Assembly (NCBI GenBank): GCA_039024635.1
Contig: JBCCQA010000005.1
Location: 103,729 to 167,728, forward strand
DNA length: 64,000 bases
Direction of reading: 5' to 3'
Source: Myxococcota bacterium
GTDB lineage: Bacteria; Myxococcota; Kuafuiibacteriia; Kuafuiibacteriales; Kuafuiibacteriaceae
Below, one piece after another: positions 18,905-28,800 of the stretch. The translations under genes were made by a program, and so were the position numbers. Each line of letters begins with the position of its first letter. Position 1 is the first letter of the stretch. The notes beneath the pieces are model-generated. The model ran no database searches, was not told where the DNA came from, and saw only the letters and a program-made list of their open reading frames with translations.

Positions 18905-19217
18905 GAGCGGGGCCCGGAATCGAACCGGGAACCGGAGGGACGAATTGAACAAAAAACCCCCGGCTAGACCACGTCCCCGCTATGGTTTCAGGCGGCCGGT
19001 GACCCGCCTGCGCCCCCGGGAGGGCGCATGTTCCAGAACTGAACCGCCTTCGTGGTACCGAGCCGACTGAAGGGCCCTCGAGCCTGGCAGGCCATGCACT
19101 CGACCCAGGCACCGCGCGGGGACCCGCGGACGACAGGGCGAGACAGACAGAAGGGGCAGGGAAGGACCTGGACCACCCGCCGCCCCTTGTCGCCAGACCC
19201 GTTGACGAGCTTGAGGT

Positions 19218-20027
19218 TCATGCCGCCAGCACCGGGAGCCGCTTGTGCGCTACCAGGCGGTTCACGAGCTGCCGCCTAGCGCCCCCGTGGGCCGTCACCG
19301 TGATGTTCCTGGTCCCCCCAGGCGCGCATGCCTGGCACTGAACGCACGTCGTCGTTCTCTTCCGGTTGGTGGCCTTCGCCCATAACGTGTCCGCCGGGCA
19401 GGGCCGGTCGTGCGCGGCGCCCCACTTGGTCGCCTCAGGCCGCACCCGAAAGGTCCGCCACCCCAGCGCCTGGGCGTGCTCGGCCTCGTGCTCGCTCTCG
19501 ACCGAGGCCATCAGGCCCAGCGCTCGAAGCGGCTCAGCGACCTTCAGATGCCACTGGTGCGTGTACCCCCAGAAGAGCGGCGCGTGTTGCTTGGCCCACG
19601 CCCAGAGCTCTGGGGGCGCCGCGGCAGGGTCGCCGTAGCTACCGGCCCGAAACGGACGCACGGCAAGGATGGGCTCGAGCTCGCTCGGGTGCACCCGCAG
19701 GTAGGTGTTCCGGGTGTACGCATGCCAGACCTTGCTGGGCATTCGGATGTCCGGGTAGCAACTGCGCAGCCGACCCGGTCCGGCTCGATGGAAGCAGTCA
19801 CCGCAGATGGACGCATCGTCGCCCGAGCGCACGGCGTCGATCGGGAGCATGTCCCGCCGCAAGATCCAGGTCTGAACGGCGTCGCCCGTCTTACTGTTGG
19901 CGTTCTTGCCTCGAGGCTTCAGAGCTGTGGCGATGACAACGATGGGGGCCCCGTCCAACAGTGAAGGGCCTTCGTGAAGAACCGCGCCCGTGCGGCCCCT
20001 GAGGAGGCGGACAAGCTCGCGATTCAT
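19218..20027 (-). CDS. Hypothetical phage protein with Cys clusters
   Basis: 269 aa with ICGDCFH and CVQCQAC motifs. Confidence 0.4.
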   Translation of the reverse strand: MNRELVRLLRGRTGAVLHEGPSLLDGAPIVVIATALKPRGKNANSKTGDAVQTWILRRDMLPIDAVRSGDDASICGDCFHRAGPGRLRSCYPDIRMPSKVWHAYTRNTYLRVHPSELEPILAVRPFRAGSYGDPAAAPPELWAWAKQHAPLFWGYTHQWHLKVAEPLRALGLMASVESEHEAEHAQALGWRTFRVRPEATKWGAAHDRPCPADTLWAKATNRKRTTTCVQCQACAPGGTRNITVTAHGGARRQLVNRLVAHKRLPVLAA

Positions 20028-20372
20028 TCCGCGGCCCGCTTTCTCAGCAGACTTGCTGCAAACTCAAGCGGGAAGACTTTGTTGGCATACACCCACTCTG
20101 ACCACCCCTTGGCGCGCTCACGCTTCGCCTCATGCTCAAGAAACGAAGCTGCAACCTCAAAGCACATCTGGCGAACGGAACCCGTCACCAACACTTGAGC
20201 GACCTGACTCACGGGATGACCGCCCAGATGAGCCGAACACCCCAGCACCGGCGCCATCCCAGCGAGGCACGCACGCTGCGAGAGGACGGGAACTGGACCC
20301 CGGCCACGATGTGAATCGACCCCAGCCTGAGCTGACGAACGTGTCGCTGAGTGCCGACGAAGCCCAGAACGC

Positions 20373-20675
20373 TCATGACTCCGCCTCCCACCTCTTGGCC
20401 GCCTCACGAAGTACGCGCGACCTCGTCAGTTGCTCGTCGGCCAAAGCCTCGTATCTCTCAGCGATTTGCTTTAGTTCTCGACCGACGGCAGCGATGGCTT
20501 CCGGCTCGGTGTCAAACTCTCCGATCAACGACCTCCCCATGTCCGAGCGAACCAGCCACCTAGTTCGACCGTCATAGGTTTTCTGCCAGACGCTCAAGCT
20601 AAACGTTCCCACGGACGCGTGGTCATCAATGCCCGTATCGATCGCACGGACCTTGGACTCGATCGCTATGTTCAT
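20373..20675 (-). CDS. Small hypothetical phage protein
   Basis: 100 aa ORF, 4-nt overlap with the next gene. Confidence 0.35.
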   Translation of the reverse strand: MNIAIESKVRAIDTGIDDHASVGTFSLSVWQKTYDGRTRWLVRSDMGRSLIGEFDTEPEAIAAVGRELKQIAERYEALADEQLTRSRVLREAAKRWEAES

Positions 20676-20878
20676 GACTTGGCCTCCGAAAGCTGGCGCG
20701 CAGCGTTGGCGGCCATCTCCAATGACTCGGCGAGCTCTGTGGCCTCATCGGCGGTCAGCGAGAGCTTGGTCTCTTCAATGCTAAGAAGGACGTCATCGGC
20801 GTCGATGAGCTCGACCCGCACCTCGGTCTCTTCGTCGGGATCGACGGTGTGCACCGCCATGGTCACGCAGGTGATCAC
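20672..20878 (-). CDS. Small acidic hypothetical phage protein
   Basis: 68 aa Glu/Asp-rich ORF coupled on both sides. Confidence 0.3.
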   Translation of the reverse strand: MITCVTMAVHTVDPDEETEVRVELIDADDVLLSIEETKLSLTADEATELAESLEMAANAARQLSEAKS

Positions 20879-21408
20879 GCTGCCTTCTCCGGGTCGTTCT
20901 TCGCCGGGAACATCTCCAACTGCGAGACCGACTTCGCGACGTCCGACAGCTGCTGCTGCTCGATGGAGTTGCTGCCATGGGCGCGTGCCACCTCGCTATA
21001 GCCGCTGACGATGAGGTCCGGCTTCCGTGTACCAAGCCGCGGCTGGTCCTCCTTGCCGGGCACGTCGAGCCTTTCGACACTCGCCAGCTGGTGGTGAGCG
21101 CCGGCCTGCGCTTGGCCCTTTGTGGCATTGGCCTCGAAGACCGCGCACATTATGAAGCGAAGGTGCGCGTCGGGCAGGCCCTCAAGCTGCCGAAGCTGTC
21201 GCTCAGCCTTGGTCAAGATCTCGACGCGTCCGACGATGGGTCGACCGTCTTTGACCAAGGCGACGTCCTGGCCGTCCTTGGTCTTTCGCTCGATGTAACA
21301 CAGCACCTTGACCTTGGGCTCGGCGAGCCATCCCGGAAGATGGTTCTTGAGGACAGAGTCCACAGCGGACTCCATCTTGTTGGTGGGCTCTTCTAGATCG
21401 TTGGACAT
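20875..21408 (-). CDS. Hypothetical phage early protein
   Basis: Start refined to ATG (MSNDLEEPTNKM), preceded by a GGAGGA Shine-Dalgarno; about 177 aa. Confidence 0.4.
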   Translation of the reverse strand: MSNDLEEPTNKMESAVDSVLKNHLPGWLAEPKVKVLCYIERKTKDGQDVALVKDGRPIVGRVEILTKAERQLRQLEGLPDAHLRFIMCAVFEANATKGQAQAGAHHQLASVERLDVPGKEDQPRLGTRKPDLIVSGYSEVARAHGSNSIEQQQLSDVAKSVSQLEMFPAKNDPEKAA

Positions 21409-21606
21409 GTTTCCTCCGTGGTGAAGGGCGTCAGGGGGACGCCTCTGCGATTTCGATGACGACGCGCCGGTAGACGAGTCGTCCCCAGCACTGGACTTGC
21501 TTCTCGCTGAGGCCTTCGACGTCGATGCGCCTGCCGTCCTCAAGCATGAGGGCGACGCTTGGGGCGCCGCGGCGCTCGCCGACCTCCAGGACCTCAGCGA
21601 GGACCT

Positions 21607-21801
21607 TCATGGCACTGCATCCCAATCAGGCTCGAAGCGATCAGGCTGACCGCACGACTCCCTTGTGCAATGGACCATGACGCCCCAGCCCTTGCCCCAA
21701 AGGCCGTAGCAGCCTTGAAGCTCGGCGCCGCAGTGCTGGCATAGGCCTTCGACGGGAGTCCGCGGGATGTCTTCGGTGATGGGCTGGCTCGACTCACTCA
21801 T
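21607..21801 (-). CDS. Small zinc-ribbon protein
   Basis: About 64 aa with CQHCG...CTRESCG. Its start overlaps the MazG-like stop. Confidence 0.3.
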   Translation of the reverse strand: MSESSQPITEDIPRTPVEGLCQHCGAELQGCYGLWGKGWGVMVHCTRESCGQPDRFEPDWDAVP

Positions 21802-22319
21802 GCCAACCTCGCGCCGGCTGGCGGGTTCAGACGGTTGGGGTTGCATGTCGGGCAGGCGACAGGCTGGACGATGCCCATGCGGACGGCGAAGTCGCTCCCC
21901 GGGGGGAGTTTGGCCCAGTGCGACCAAGGCTCCCGGTCGGTGCTGTTGGCGACCCATCCTTCGCCGGCGCACTCTCGGCAGGGCTTGGGACCGGGAACTT
22001 CGCGCCCATCAGCGGCCAGCGGGGCAAGAGCGAGCGTTCGGTCTCCCTCCTCGGCAAGTCGAACGCACATGGCCATGACCTGGACGAGCTCGACGCGGGC
22101 TTCGTCGTAGGACCCTCTGCCTTCGCGAAGCTGCAGGATGGCTTTCGTGAGCTCTCCCACTTCCTCGTGGAGGGCGTGCAGGGTTGGATTGTCGCCCTCC
22201 GGGAAGAGCTTTCGCGCGCGCTGGACTTCCTCTTCGACTTCCAAGGCGAGGCGGTCCCAGTGGATCGTGACGGCGTTGATCACCGCTTCACCGCCTTCAC
22301 GGACGACGGAGGCGCCCAC
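21798..22319 (-). CDS. MazG-like nucleotide pyrophosphohydrolase domain protein with C-terminal Cys cluster
   Basis: HEEVGELTKAILQ motif (typical EExGE of the MazG/all-alpha NTP-PPase fold) and C-terminal CRECAGEG...CPTC. Confidence 0.45.
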   Translation of the reverse strand: MGASVVREGGEAVINAVTIHWDRLALEVEEEVQRARKLFPEGDNPTLHALHEEVGELTKAILQLREGRGSYDEARVELVQVMAMCVRLAEEGDRTLALAPLAADGREVPGPKPCRECAGEGWVANSTDREPWSHWAKLPPGSDFAVRMGIVQPVACPTCNPNRLNPPAGARLA

Positions 22320-22483
22320 AAATCGACAGGACCACCGTTCGCCTTAGCCAGAGCCAGGTCGCCGTTCGACGTCGTGTGGAGGACGAAGAACCTATCGCCA
22401 GGACGCGCCAAGCCCAGCGTGTCGGCCATGATGTGACCCGTGCGCGTGATCTCGACCAGGTCCCCAGGCTCGTAGTCGCTCAC
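22280..22483 (-). CDS. Small hypothetical protein
   Basis: 67 aa ORF coupled to the upstream gene. Confidence 0.25.
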   Translation of the reverse strand: MSDYEPGDLVEITRTGHIMADTLGLARPGDRFFVLHTTSNGDLALAKANGGPVDLWAPPSSVKAVKR

Positions 22484-22917
22484 AGGCCCACCGCCTCAAG
22501 CATGTCGGCGGCCTCAAGGTAGACCGCCCAAGGAGCCCGCATCTTGTTGGGGTCAAGGTAGTCACTAATGTGACGGTAGACGCGCCCCATCGCCTTGCGC
22601 TGCTCAACCGATGCGGCAGCTACTGCGTGGCCAAAGTCGCCCGTACGCAGGCCGTCCAATCGGTAGGCCCACCCATGCTCTTCCGAGCAAGAGAACACGG
22701 TGTGCTGCAACGGGGTGTCGAGCGATTTCGCCATGACAGAGCCTGCAAGACAAACTGCGCATCGCTTAAGGTGATCGTGCCAAGTGTGCCACTTGTTCAT
22801 GCGCATGATATAGTTGGGGTCTGCCTCGCAAAGCTTGGCGTCCTTGACGGCCAGCCGGAGGAGTCGGCTGTCGGGCATGAGGTTCAGCTCTGCGTTCGTG
22901 TAGTGTCGGGTCTTCAT
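22480..22917 (-). CDS. Hypothetical protein immediately downstream of integrase
   Basis: Start refined to MKTRHYT, whose ATG overlaps the integrase stop. The upstream part of the long ORF is low-complexity. Confidence 0.35.
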   Translation of the reverse strand: MKTRHYTNAELNLMPDSRLLRLAVKDAKLCEADPNYIMRMNKWHTWHDHLKRCAVCLAGSVMAKSLDTPLQHTVFSCSEEHGWAYRLDGLRTGDFGHAVAAASVEQRKAMGRVYRHISDYLDPNKMRAPWAVYLEAADMLEAVGL

Positions 22918-24059
22918 GGGAACAGCTCCAGTTGTTCGGGTGAGCGGCCGAAGGGCAGGCGCATCCGCCGCATCTGGGCGCACTGCCAATCCCAGCCGGG
23001 GTGAGAGTAGATATCGGCGGACGAACGGGCGGACTTCGCGTGGGTCCAAAGTCGCGCCGCTTCCGAGATCCCGACCTCCGCCGCCGCCGTGATGAACGAG
23101 TGCCGGATATCGTGAAGCCGCATGGGCGGCAGACCGACCAGGGCTAGATGCCGCTGAAAGCGAGCCTGCACGTAGCTCTGAGACCGGGGCCGGTGGTCGC
23201 GCTTCGCCCGCTGGGGCGAAGGGAAGAGAAAGTCCGTCTTGGTCGGGGCCCGACCGTGCGCTCGCCTCCAACCCCGCTGGGCCCAATGCTCAAGCAGACC
23301 GGCCAGGGCAGGGTGCACCGGGATTCGACGGGTCGCCCCAGTCTTGGTCTCGCCCACGGCCTTCGTGTGGGAGTTCCAGGTCCGCCGGACGTGGAGCGTT
23401 CCAAGGGGCCTGGTCGACCGTGACCAGTCTTTGAACTGGAGCCCGAGGCCCTCACCCATGCGGACGCCGGCCGCGATGAGGACGGCATAAAAGGTCCTCG
23501 AGACCGCATCGACCGACTCGCTCAGGGCGAGCCGGCTTAGCCTCGGCAGCGTCTCGACGTGGGGCCTGAACTCAGGCCGAAGCTTCTTGGTCGGCCAAGC
23601 AGAGCGGGGCAGGTGGGCGAAGGGGTCTTCGGTCAGGTAGCCGAGCTCGAGGACCCGGCGGACCACACGGCGCGCCGCCCAGCGCCAGCCGAGGATCCGG
23701 CTCGGGCTGTACTTCTCGCCGTCGGCCCGTGTCCTCGAGCACGCCCAGCGGGCCCAGGCAGATAGGATAGGGGTGTCCAGCTGGTCGACGGGCAGGCCCC
23801 CGACCGCGGCCGTGAAGAAGGAGACCGCGGAACGAAATTCGTCCGCGGAGCGGTATCCAGCCCGCCGATCTTCGGCGAGCATCTCCTCGACGAGCGCCCC
23901 AAACGTGGGCGCCTCGGTGCCGGGAGCGATGAGGTGAGCTTTCAGATTTGGATGAAGAACCATCTCGGCAGGATGGCTTGCCCTTTTTGGAGCCTGCACG
24001 GCCCGTTCGGGCGCCTCGAGAGACAAAGCCCCGTCTGTGATCGCGATCGCCGAGCTCAC
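22914..24059 (-). CDS. int: Tyrosine site-specific integrase
   Basis: C-terminal catalytic signature (RLHDIRHSFITAAAEVG...ADIYSHP with the terminal Tyr) and an N-terminal SAM-like domain. It sits at the prophage boundary. Confidence 0.85.
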   Translation of the reverse strand: MSSAIAITDGALSLEAPERAVQAPKRASHPAEMVLHPNLKAHLIAPGTEAPTFGALVEEMLAEDRRAGYRSADEFRSAVSFFTAAVGGLPVDQLDTPILSAWARWACSRTRADGEKYSPSRILGWRWAARRVVRRVLELGYLTEDPFAHLPRSAWPTKKLRPEFRPHVETLPRLSRLALSESVDAVSRTFYAVLIAAGVRMGEGLGLQFKDWSRSTRPLGTLHVRRTWNSHTKAVGETKTGATRRIPVHPALAGLLEHWAQRGWRRAHGRAPTKTDFLFPSPQRAKRDHRPRSQSYVQARFQRHLALVGLPPMRLHDIRHSFITAAAEVGISEAARLWTHAKSARSSADIYSHPGWDWQCAQMRRMRLPFGRSPEQLELFP

Positions 24060-24169
24060 TGGGCGACTCAGGCGGCTTCAGGGGTCCGATCGACGTCGGG
24101 CGCAGCGGATTCATCCACGGCGGTGGCGCCGCTAGTCCTTTCTTCCGCAAGATCGAAGCCGGAGCACTC

Positions 24170-24757
24170 ATGAATCGGCGCCGGGCTCGACCGACTCCAT
24201 CCGAGATGCCCACTCATCCCGGCCGGGATCCGGCCGAGCATTCGATTGTCACGATGCCCGGGACGCAGGTGCGACCTCGGCCTACTCTGCTGCGGTGGAG
24301 CCTCTTGGCCCTCCCGCTCCTTCTAGGCGGGACATTGATTTGGTTCATGAGCGAGGGAGACGGTGTCCAGCCTCCGAGCGCCAACCCTCGGCCCCCCGCG
24401 CTGAACCCTGAAGCCTTGAAGCTTGCGCCGTCGCCATCCCTCCCTCGACCCGCCCCGCCCAAACGCCGCGGCCGGGGAGTAGTCGGAAAGAAGGCGGCTC
24501 CGCTCTCGCCCAAGCCCCCCAAGGCTCGAGTGCCGAGTGCCGAGTCTAAGGCGCAGGCCGCCGTCCGTCGGGCCATCGCCGCCCCCGACGACGCCGAGAA
24601 ATTCGAGGCGGGACTGGCGGCGCTTCGCGCCTGGGCCAGGACCCTGCCCCCCGACGAGGCTACGAAGCTGGAGGCTGCGGTTCGCCGGGCAGAATTCACT
24701 TGGTCGGCCTCCGACCTTCAGCGCGCCCTTCACTCGGTCGCGGCCACCAAGCCGTAG
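24170..24757 (+). CDS. Hypothetical membrane-anchored Pro/Ala-rich protein
   Basis: TM segment (LLALPLLLGGTLIWF) then a PAPP-rich linker and a helical C-terminus. Confidence 0.35.
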   Translation: MNRRRARPTPSEMPTHPGRDPAEHSIVTMPGTQVRPRPTLLRWSLLALPLLLGGTLIWFMSEGDGVQPPSANPRPPALNPEALKLAPSPSLPRPAPPKRRGRGVVGKKAAPLSPKPPKARVPSAESKAQAAVRRAIAAPDDAEKFEAGLAALRAWARTLPPDEATKLEAAVRRAEFTWSASDLQRALHSVAATKP

Positions 24758-25893
24758 GCCCCAACGCCGAGGGCCGCGCCCAACACCCAGCTGGGCCAGG
24801 GCACCGAACGACGGCGGTCGATGGTGAAGGCGCCCACGCTCCAGCCTAGCCCTGCCCCCAATAGGCCCGCGCCCACGGCGGCCAAGGGCGGCGTGCCCAC
24901 GAGTCGTTCCCCCGTCGCGCAGTCTGGTCCTTCGAAACACACTAGCGCCTGGCCATCGGCTCGGGCCGCCGCCCATGCAAAGACCGTCGCGCTGGCGCCC
25001 ACCGCCGCGATCCCGGTCCAGAAGGTGGTCCGACGTAGGTCCCGCGACAGCCTGGTCTCCGAGCGCCGTAGCGATGCCTCGACTCGCGTCGTTCGACCCG
25101 GCGCCACCTTAACCTCGGCCGAGAAAGGCAGGTGCTGATGAGCCTCGATTTTCAGCTCTCGTCGGCCAGAGCGAACGTCGACGATCTTCGTTTCCAGCTC
25201 CGCTCGCCCCAAGAGTCTGCCGTCGAGGCGAACGCTGGCCCCTTCGACCGATGAGCGAAGATCGATGCCGCCGAAAGGTTGGTGATGCTGATGGCGCTTC
25301 AATGCCCGGAGCAGATTGACGCTCAGCGCGGACTCGAGGAAAGTCTGCAGACCACGTACGTCCCTCAGTTCGTCGGAGCGAGTCGAGGCTACGATGGCGC
25401 GCTCGAAGACTTCCGTTTCCACGCGGTCTTTCCAGCCCGGTTTTCGGTCGGCCTCGTGGAAGCTCTCCAGGGCTAGGTCGGTGCTGACGAGCTGGAGAAG
25501 GACGCGATCCCCACGCTCGGGTGCCGTCAGTACGCCCACCACCAAGAGTAGTCGAGGGGTCTCGCGACCCGCGGCGCGGACCCTCATGGAGTGGGCCCGA
25601 TAGGGCGCATGCGTGCCGTCCGGCCGCCGGAGACGCTCACGCTGGTAGTCAGGTCGGGCCTTTCGAACGACGCAGCTCAGCTTGCGTGCGCACTGATCCA
25701 CGACCGCAGTGTCCATGGGCTCCACCCGCAGATCGGTTGAGGCGTCGAAGGCCTCGTCCAGTCCGCGGATGATCTCGGAAAGACCGAGCCGACCTGAGGC
25801 CCCGGTTGGGGTCGTGAAGGCCACTGGGAGGGGGCGCCGATCTCCGGCTTCCAGCACGACCGCCGCGGCCACGGCCAGCAAGACCGGCGTCAT
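24730..25893 (-). CDS. Membrane protein (signal peptide, periplasmic domain, C-terminal TM helices); last gene of the flotillin operon
   Basis: N-terminal hydrophobic signal, C-terminal helices (FWTGIAAVGASATVFAWAA; LLGAGLGWSVGAF; WVLGAALGVGAYGLVAA). Its ATG overlaps the giant ATPase stop by 4 nt. Confidence 0.5.
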   Translation of the reverse strand: MTPVLLAVAAAVVLEAGDRRPLPVAFTTPTGASGRLGLSEIIRGLDEAFDASTDLRVEPMDTAVVDQCARKLSCVVRKARPDYQRERLRRPDGTHAPYRAHSMRVRAAGRETPRLLLVVGVLTAPERGDRVLLQLVSTDLALESFHEADRKPGWKDRVETEVFERAIVASTRSDELRDVRGLQTFLESALSVNLLRALKRHQHHQPFGGIDLRSSVEGASVRLDGRLLGRAELETKIVDVRSGRRELKIEAHQHLPFSAEVKVAPGRTTRVEASLRRSETRLSRDLRRTTFWTGIAAVGASATVFAWAAARADGQALVCFEGPDCATGERLVGTPPLAAVGAGLLGAGLGWSVGAFTIDRRRSVPWPSWVLGAALGVGAYGLVAATE

Positions 25894-28800
25894 GGCTTCT
25901 TGGCCTCGGCACGGGATATCGCGTTCCAGCGCAAGAGCTCTATGAGCTCCCTCAAAGGGGTGCCCAGGGCTCTTGCCTGCTCGAGGTGTTCGACGCTGCT
26001 CTGTGCCAAGGGCAGGATGGCCTTTTCCAGGGTCGCGAGGTGGGTGCGCAGGACGACCTCCAGATCTCCATTGGCTCCGTCCGCCGTTCGATCCGAGGAT
26101 TCGGCCTCCAGCGCTGCTCGGATCCCTTCCAGCTGAGCGCCCAGGCCACTCAAGCTCGAGGTGACGCGTACAACCGGGTCCTCGTCGTCGCCGCCCTGAA
26201 GCGTGCTACGACGAAAATCCGCTTTGATCTGATTCCAACGAGCGGCCTGGCTCTCGCTCATGCGCCCCCGCATCTCCGCCAGCTTGAGCAAGTTCTGCTC
26301 CGCGCCCGTAGTCAGAGTCTGCGACTCGGATTCGTAGTGGTCTGTGATCAAGACCTCGATCTCTTCGTCGGTCATGGCTGCGACCACCTTCTCGGCCAGC
26401 CTGTTCATGTTTCGGTAGGAGCCCTGAAGTTTGAAGGGCGGCTCGGTTCGGTAGCGATCGTCCTGCGAAGCAGACTCGATATACTGAAGATTGACTGCGA
26501 GAAGAACAGACTGAATTCGTCGCAGATGCCGCAGGACAACCAAGATCTCTTCGATCTCGACTTGGGCATGGCTCCGTTCGAACTCCGTGCTCGAGACCTC
26601 TTCCCCTGCCGACATACGGATGAAGGCCCGCATGTCCTTCATCGAGCGCGCCACCACCGGGCTCAGGCTCGGGTTGGAGGTGATGCTATTTTCGATGTAG
26701 CTCGAAGCGAAGGCCTCGTCTCGTCCGGTAAGGACGTCACCGAGATTGTAGGTGTCGGCCCGGTTGGCTAGCATGTCAGGGATCTGAAACTTCTCGCCCG
26801 ACTCCGTGTATGGATTGCCGGCCATGACGACGGCGAACTTCTTTCCGCGAAGGTCATAGGCCTTGGAGCGGCCTCGCCACACGCCTTCGATGCGTCGCTG
26901 GCCGTCGCAGAGCGAGATGAACTTCTGCAGGAACTCGGGGTTAGTGTGCTGGATGTCGTCGACGTAGAGCATGACGTTGTCCGACATCTCGAAGGCGAAG
27001 TTGACCCGTTCTACCTCTTGTCGGGCGGTAGCGTTGGAGGCGTCCTCGGGGTCGAGAGAACTCACTTGGTGGCCCAAGGCAGGGCCGTTGATCTTCATGA
27101 AGACCATGCCCAAGCGATTGGCCACGTATTCGACCAGGGTGGTCTTGCCGTAGCCAGGCGGCGAGACCAAGAGTAGCAGGCCCATCAGGTCGGTTCGCTT
27201 GGCGTCCCCCGCCGCGCCCAGCTGCTTGGCCAGATTGTCTCCGATGATGGGCAGGTAAACCTCGTCGATAAGACGGTTACGGACAAAGGAAGACAGAATA
27301 CGGGGCTGAAGAGCGTCCAATCTGAGCGCTCGACGCTCTCGCTCGAGCAGCTCGTGGCGAAGGCTTCGGTAGGCTCGATAGTCCGGGACACGCGCCTCCA
27401 TGAAGGTGTGGAGGCGCTGACCGAATTCGTCCAGCCGCAGCTCCAGGCTCCGGTCCTGGATACGAGGGTGTTGTCCGAGGAGGCCCTCCACCCGGGCCGT
27501 CGTCGGGGCCGTACTCTCCTGACGATCGACTCGAGGGGCCAGCAGGACGGCCGCCGCCTCTAGTCGGAGAGGATGGGCGTCCGGGTCGTGTCGCTCCACG
27601 AAAGCATCGATCCAGGCCAAGGCCAGCCCCAGTCGTTCCCCCAAGCGCTCGATGGACGACAGGTCCTCCTCGAAAGCGCGTCGACCGCCGTCCAGGTCCA
27701 GATGCTCCTCCAGGCGACGAACCAGCTCGACCGCCTCCCGGTTCACGACGAAGCGTGGATGGGCGGCGATCATCTCTTCGACCAGGTAGCGGCCGGCGTC
27801 GAGGACGGGGTCGCCGGGGAGTCGGAGTTCATGGGCGTCGACGAAACGCCGCAGGGCGAGCTCCAGGTCCTCGGCCAAGCGACGCTCGGAGATGCTCCGA
27901 TTTCCCCCCAGGCTGCTTCGAAGCCGTCCGAGTGAACTCGCTCTTCGATGAAGGCGCTCACGCTCCGCCGTCTCGCCGTGGGCCCACCACAGAGCGGCCA
28001 AGCCCCGCGCACCGGGTGGGAAGCGAAGCAGGCCCGCACCTTGGTGGAGGGCGACGAGCTGCTCCAGAATCCGCGCCGCGTCCAGGTCGTGCAGACCGCG
28101 CTCGTAGCCTTCTTCGTAGCTCTGGGCCGTCCGTTCTCGGATGATCTTCAACAGCCCTTCCCAGCCTCCGGCCGAGACCAGGGCTTCGAGGCCGCTCGCA
28201 CCTTCAGCCTCGGCCTCGAACAGAACCCGGGCCGCCAAGTACTCGCTTCGATAGACCTCTCGATCCTCGGAAACGAGAGGCTCGTCCCAAAAGCCGCGCG
28301 TCCGCTCGAAGGCGTTGTCGTCCACCTTCTCATGAAAGGCGGTCCCGGTGACGTGGAAGTACATGTCGCCGTCCTTGGGGACCATGGTGAGCTCGAAGGG
28401 GCGGCGGTTGACCGTAAAACGATGACGACCGAGCCGGATGAGGTCCTCTCCATTCTCGAAGAGCTCGCCCTTGTCGTGAAGGGTCCGAAGCGCCTCTCGG
28501 CGCAGAGCCTTCGCCTTGGCCTCGAGGTCGTCGGCTCGTACGCCTTCCTCCAGCTTTCGAAGGGACTCTACGAGCTGGCGAAGCTTGGCGATCATTGGAT
28601 CCGAGGCGAAGTAGGCGTTGAGTGCATCTTCCTCGTCGAAGGACTGAGCTCGGCGGCGCATCCCGTCCAGGATCCGCTCCGCGGCTGAAGCAAGGTTGCC
28701 CGCCTTGCGCTGACGAGCATCCAAGAGCTCTTGTTTCTTGCCGTTGAAGGCCTCGTAGATCTCTTCCCGACGGGCGGCCAAGTCTTCCAGGAACACGTCG

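Larger units (their letters stand above)
1..24059 (-). mobile_element. Partial siphovirus-like prophage. The tail end is truncated by the left window edge and the integrase sits at the right end.
   Basis: A contiguous minus-strand block reads integrase (R..HxxR..Y recombinase), MazG-like, Rad52-like annealase, Dam-like MTase, replication protein, small and large terminase (Walker A/B), portal, scaffold, capsid, head-tail proteins, major tail, chaperone pair, tape measure, distal tail proteins. Genes are tightly packed with many 4-nt ATGA or 1-nt overlaps. Confidence 0.8.

Noticed and set aside
24060-24170. Possible tRNA or attachment site next to the integrase
   Set aside because: I could not fold a convincing T-arm or acceptor (no GGTTCGAnTCC-like box). 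Without the other prophage end there is no repeat to anchor an att call.
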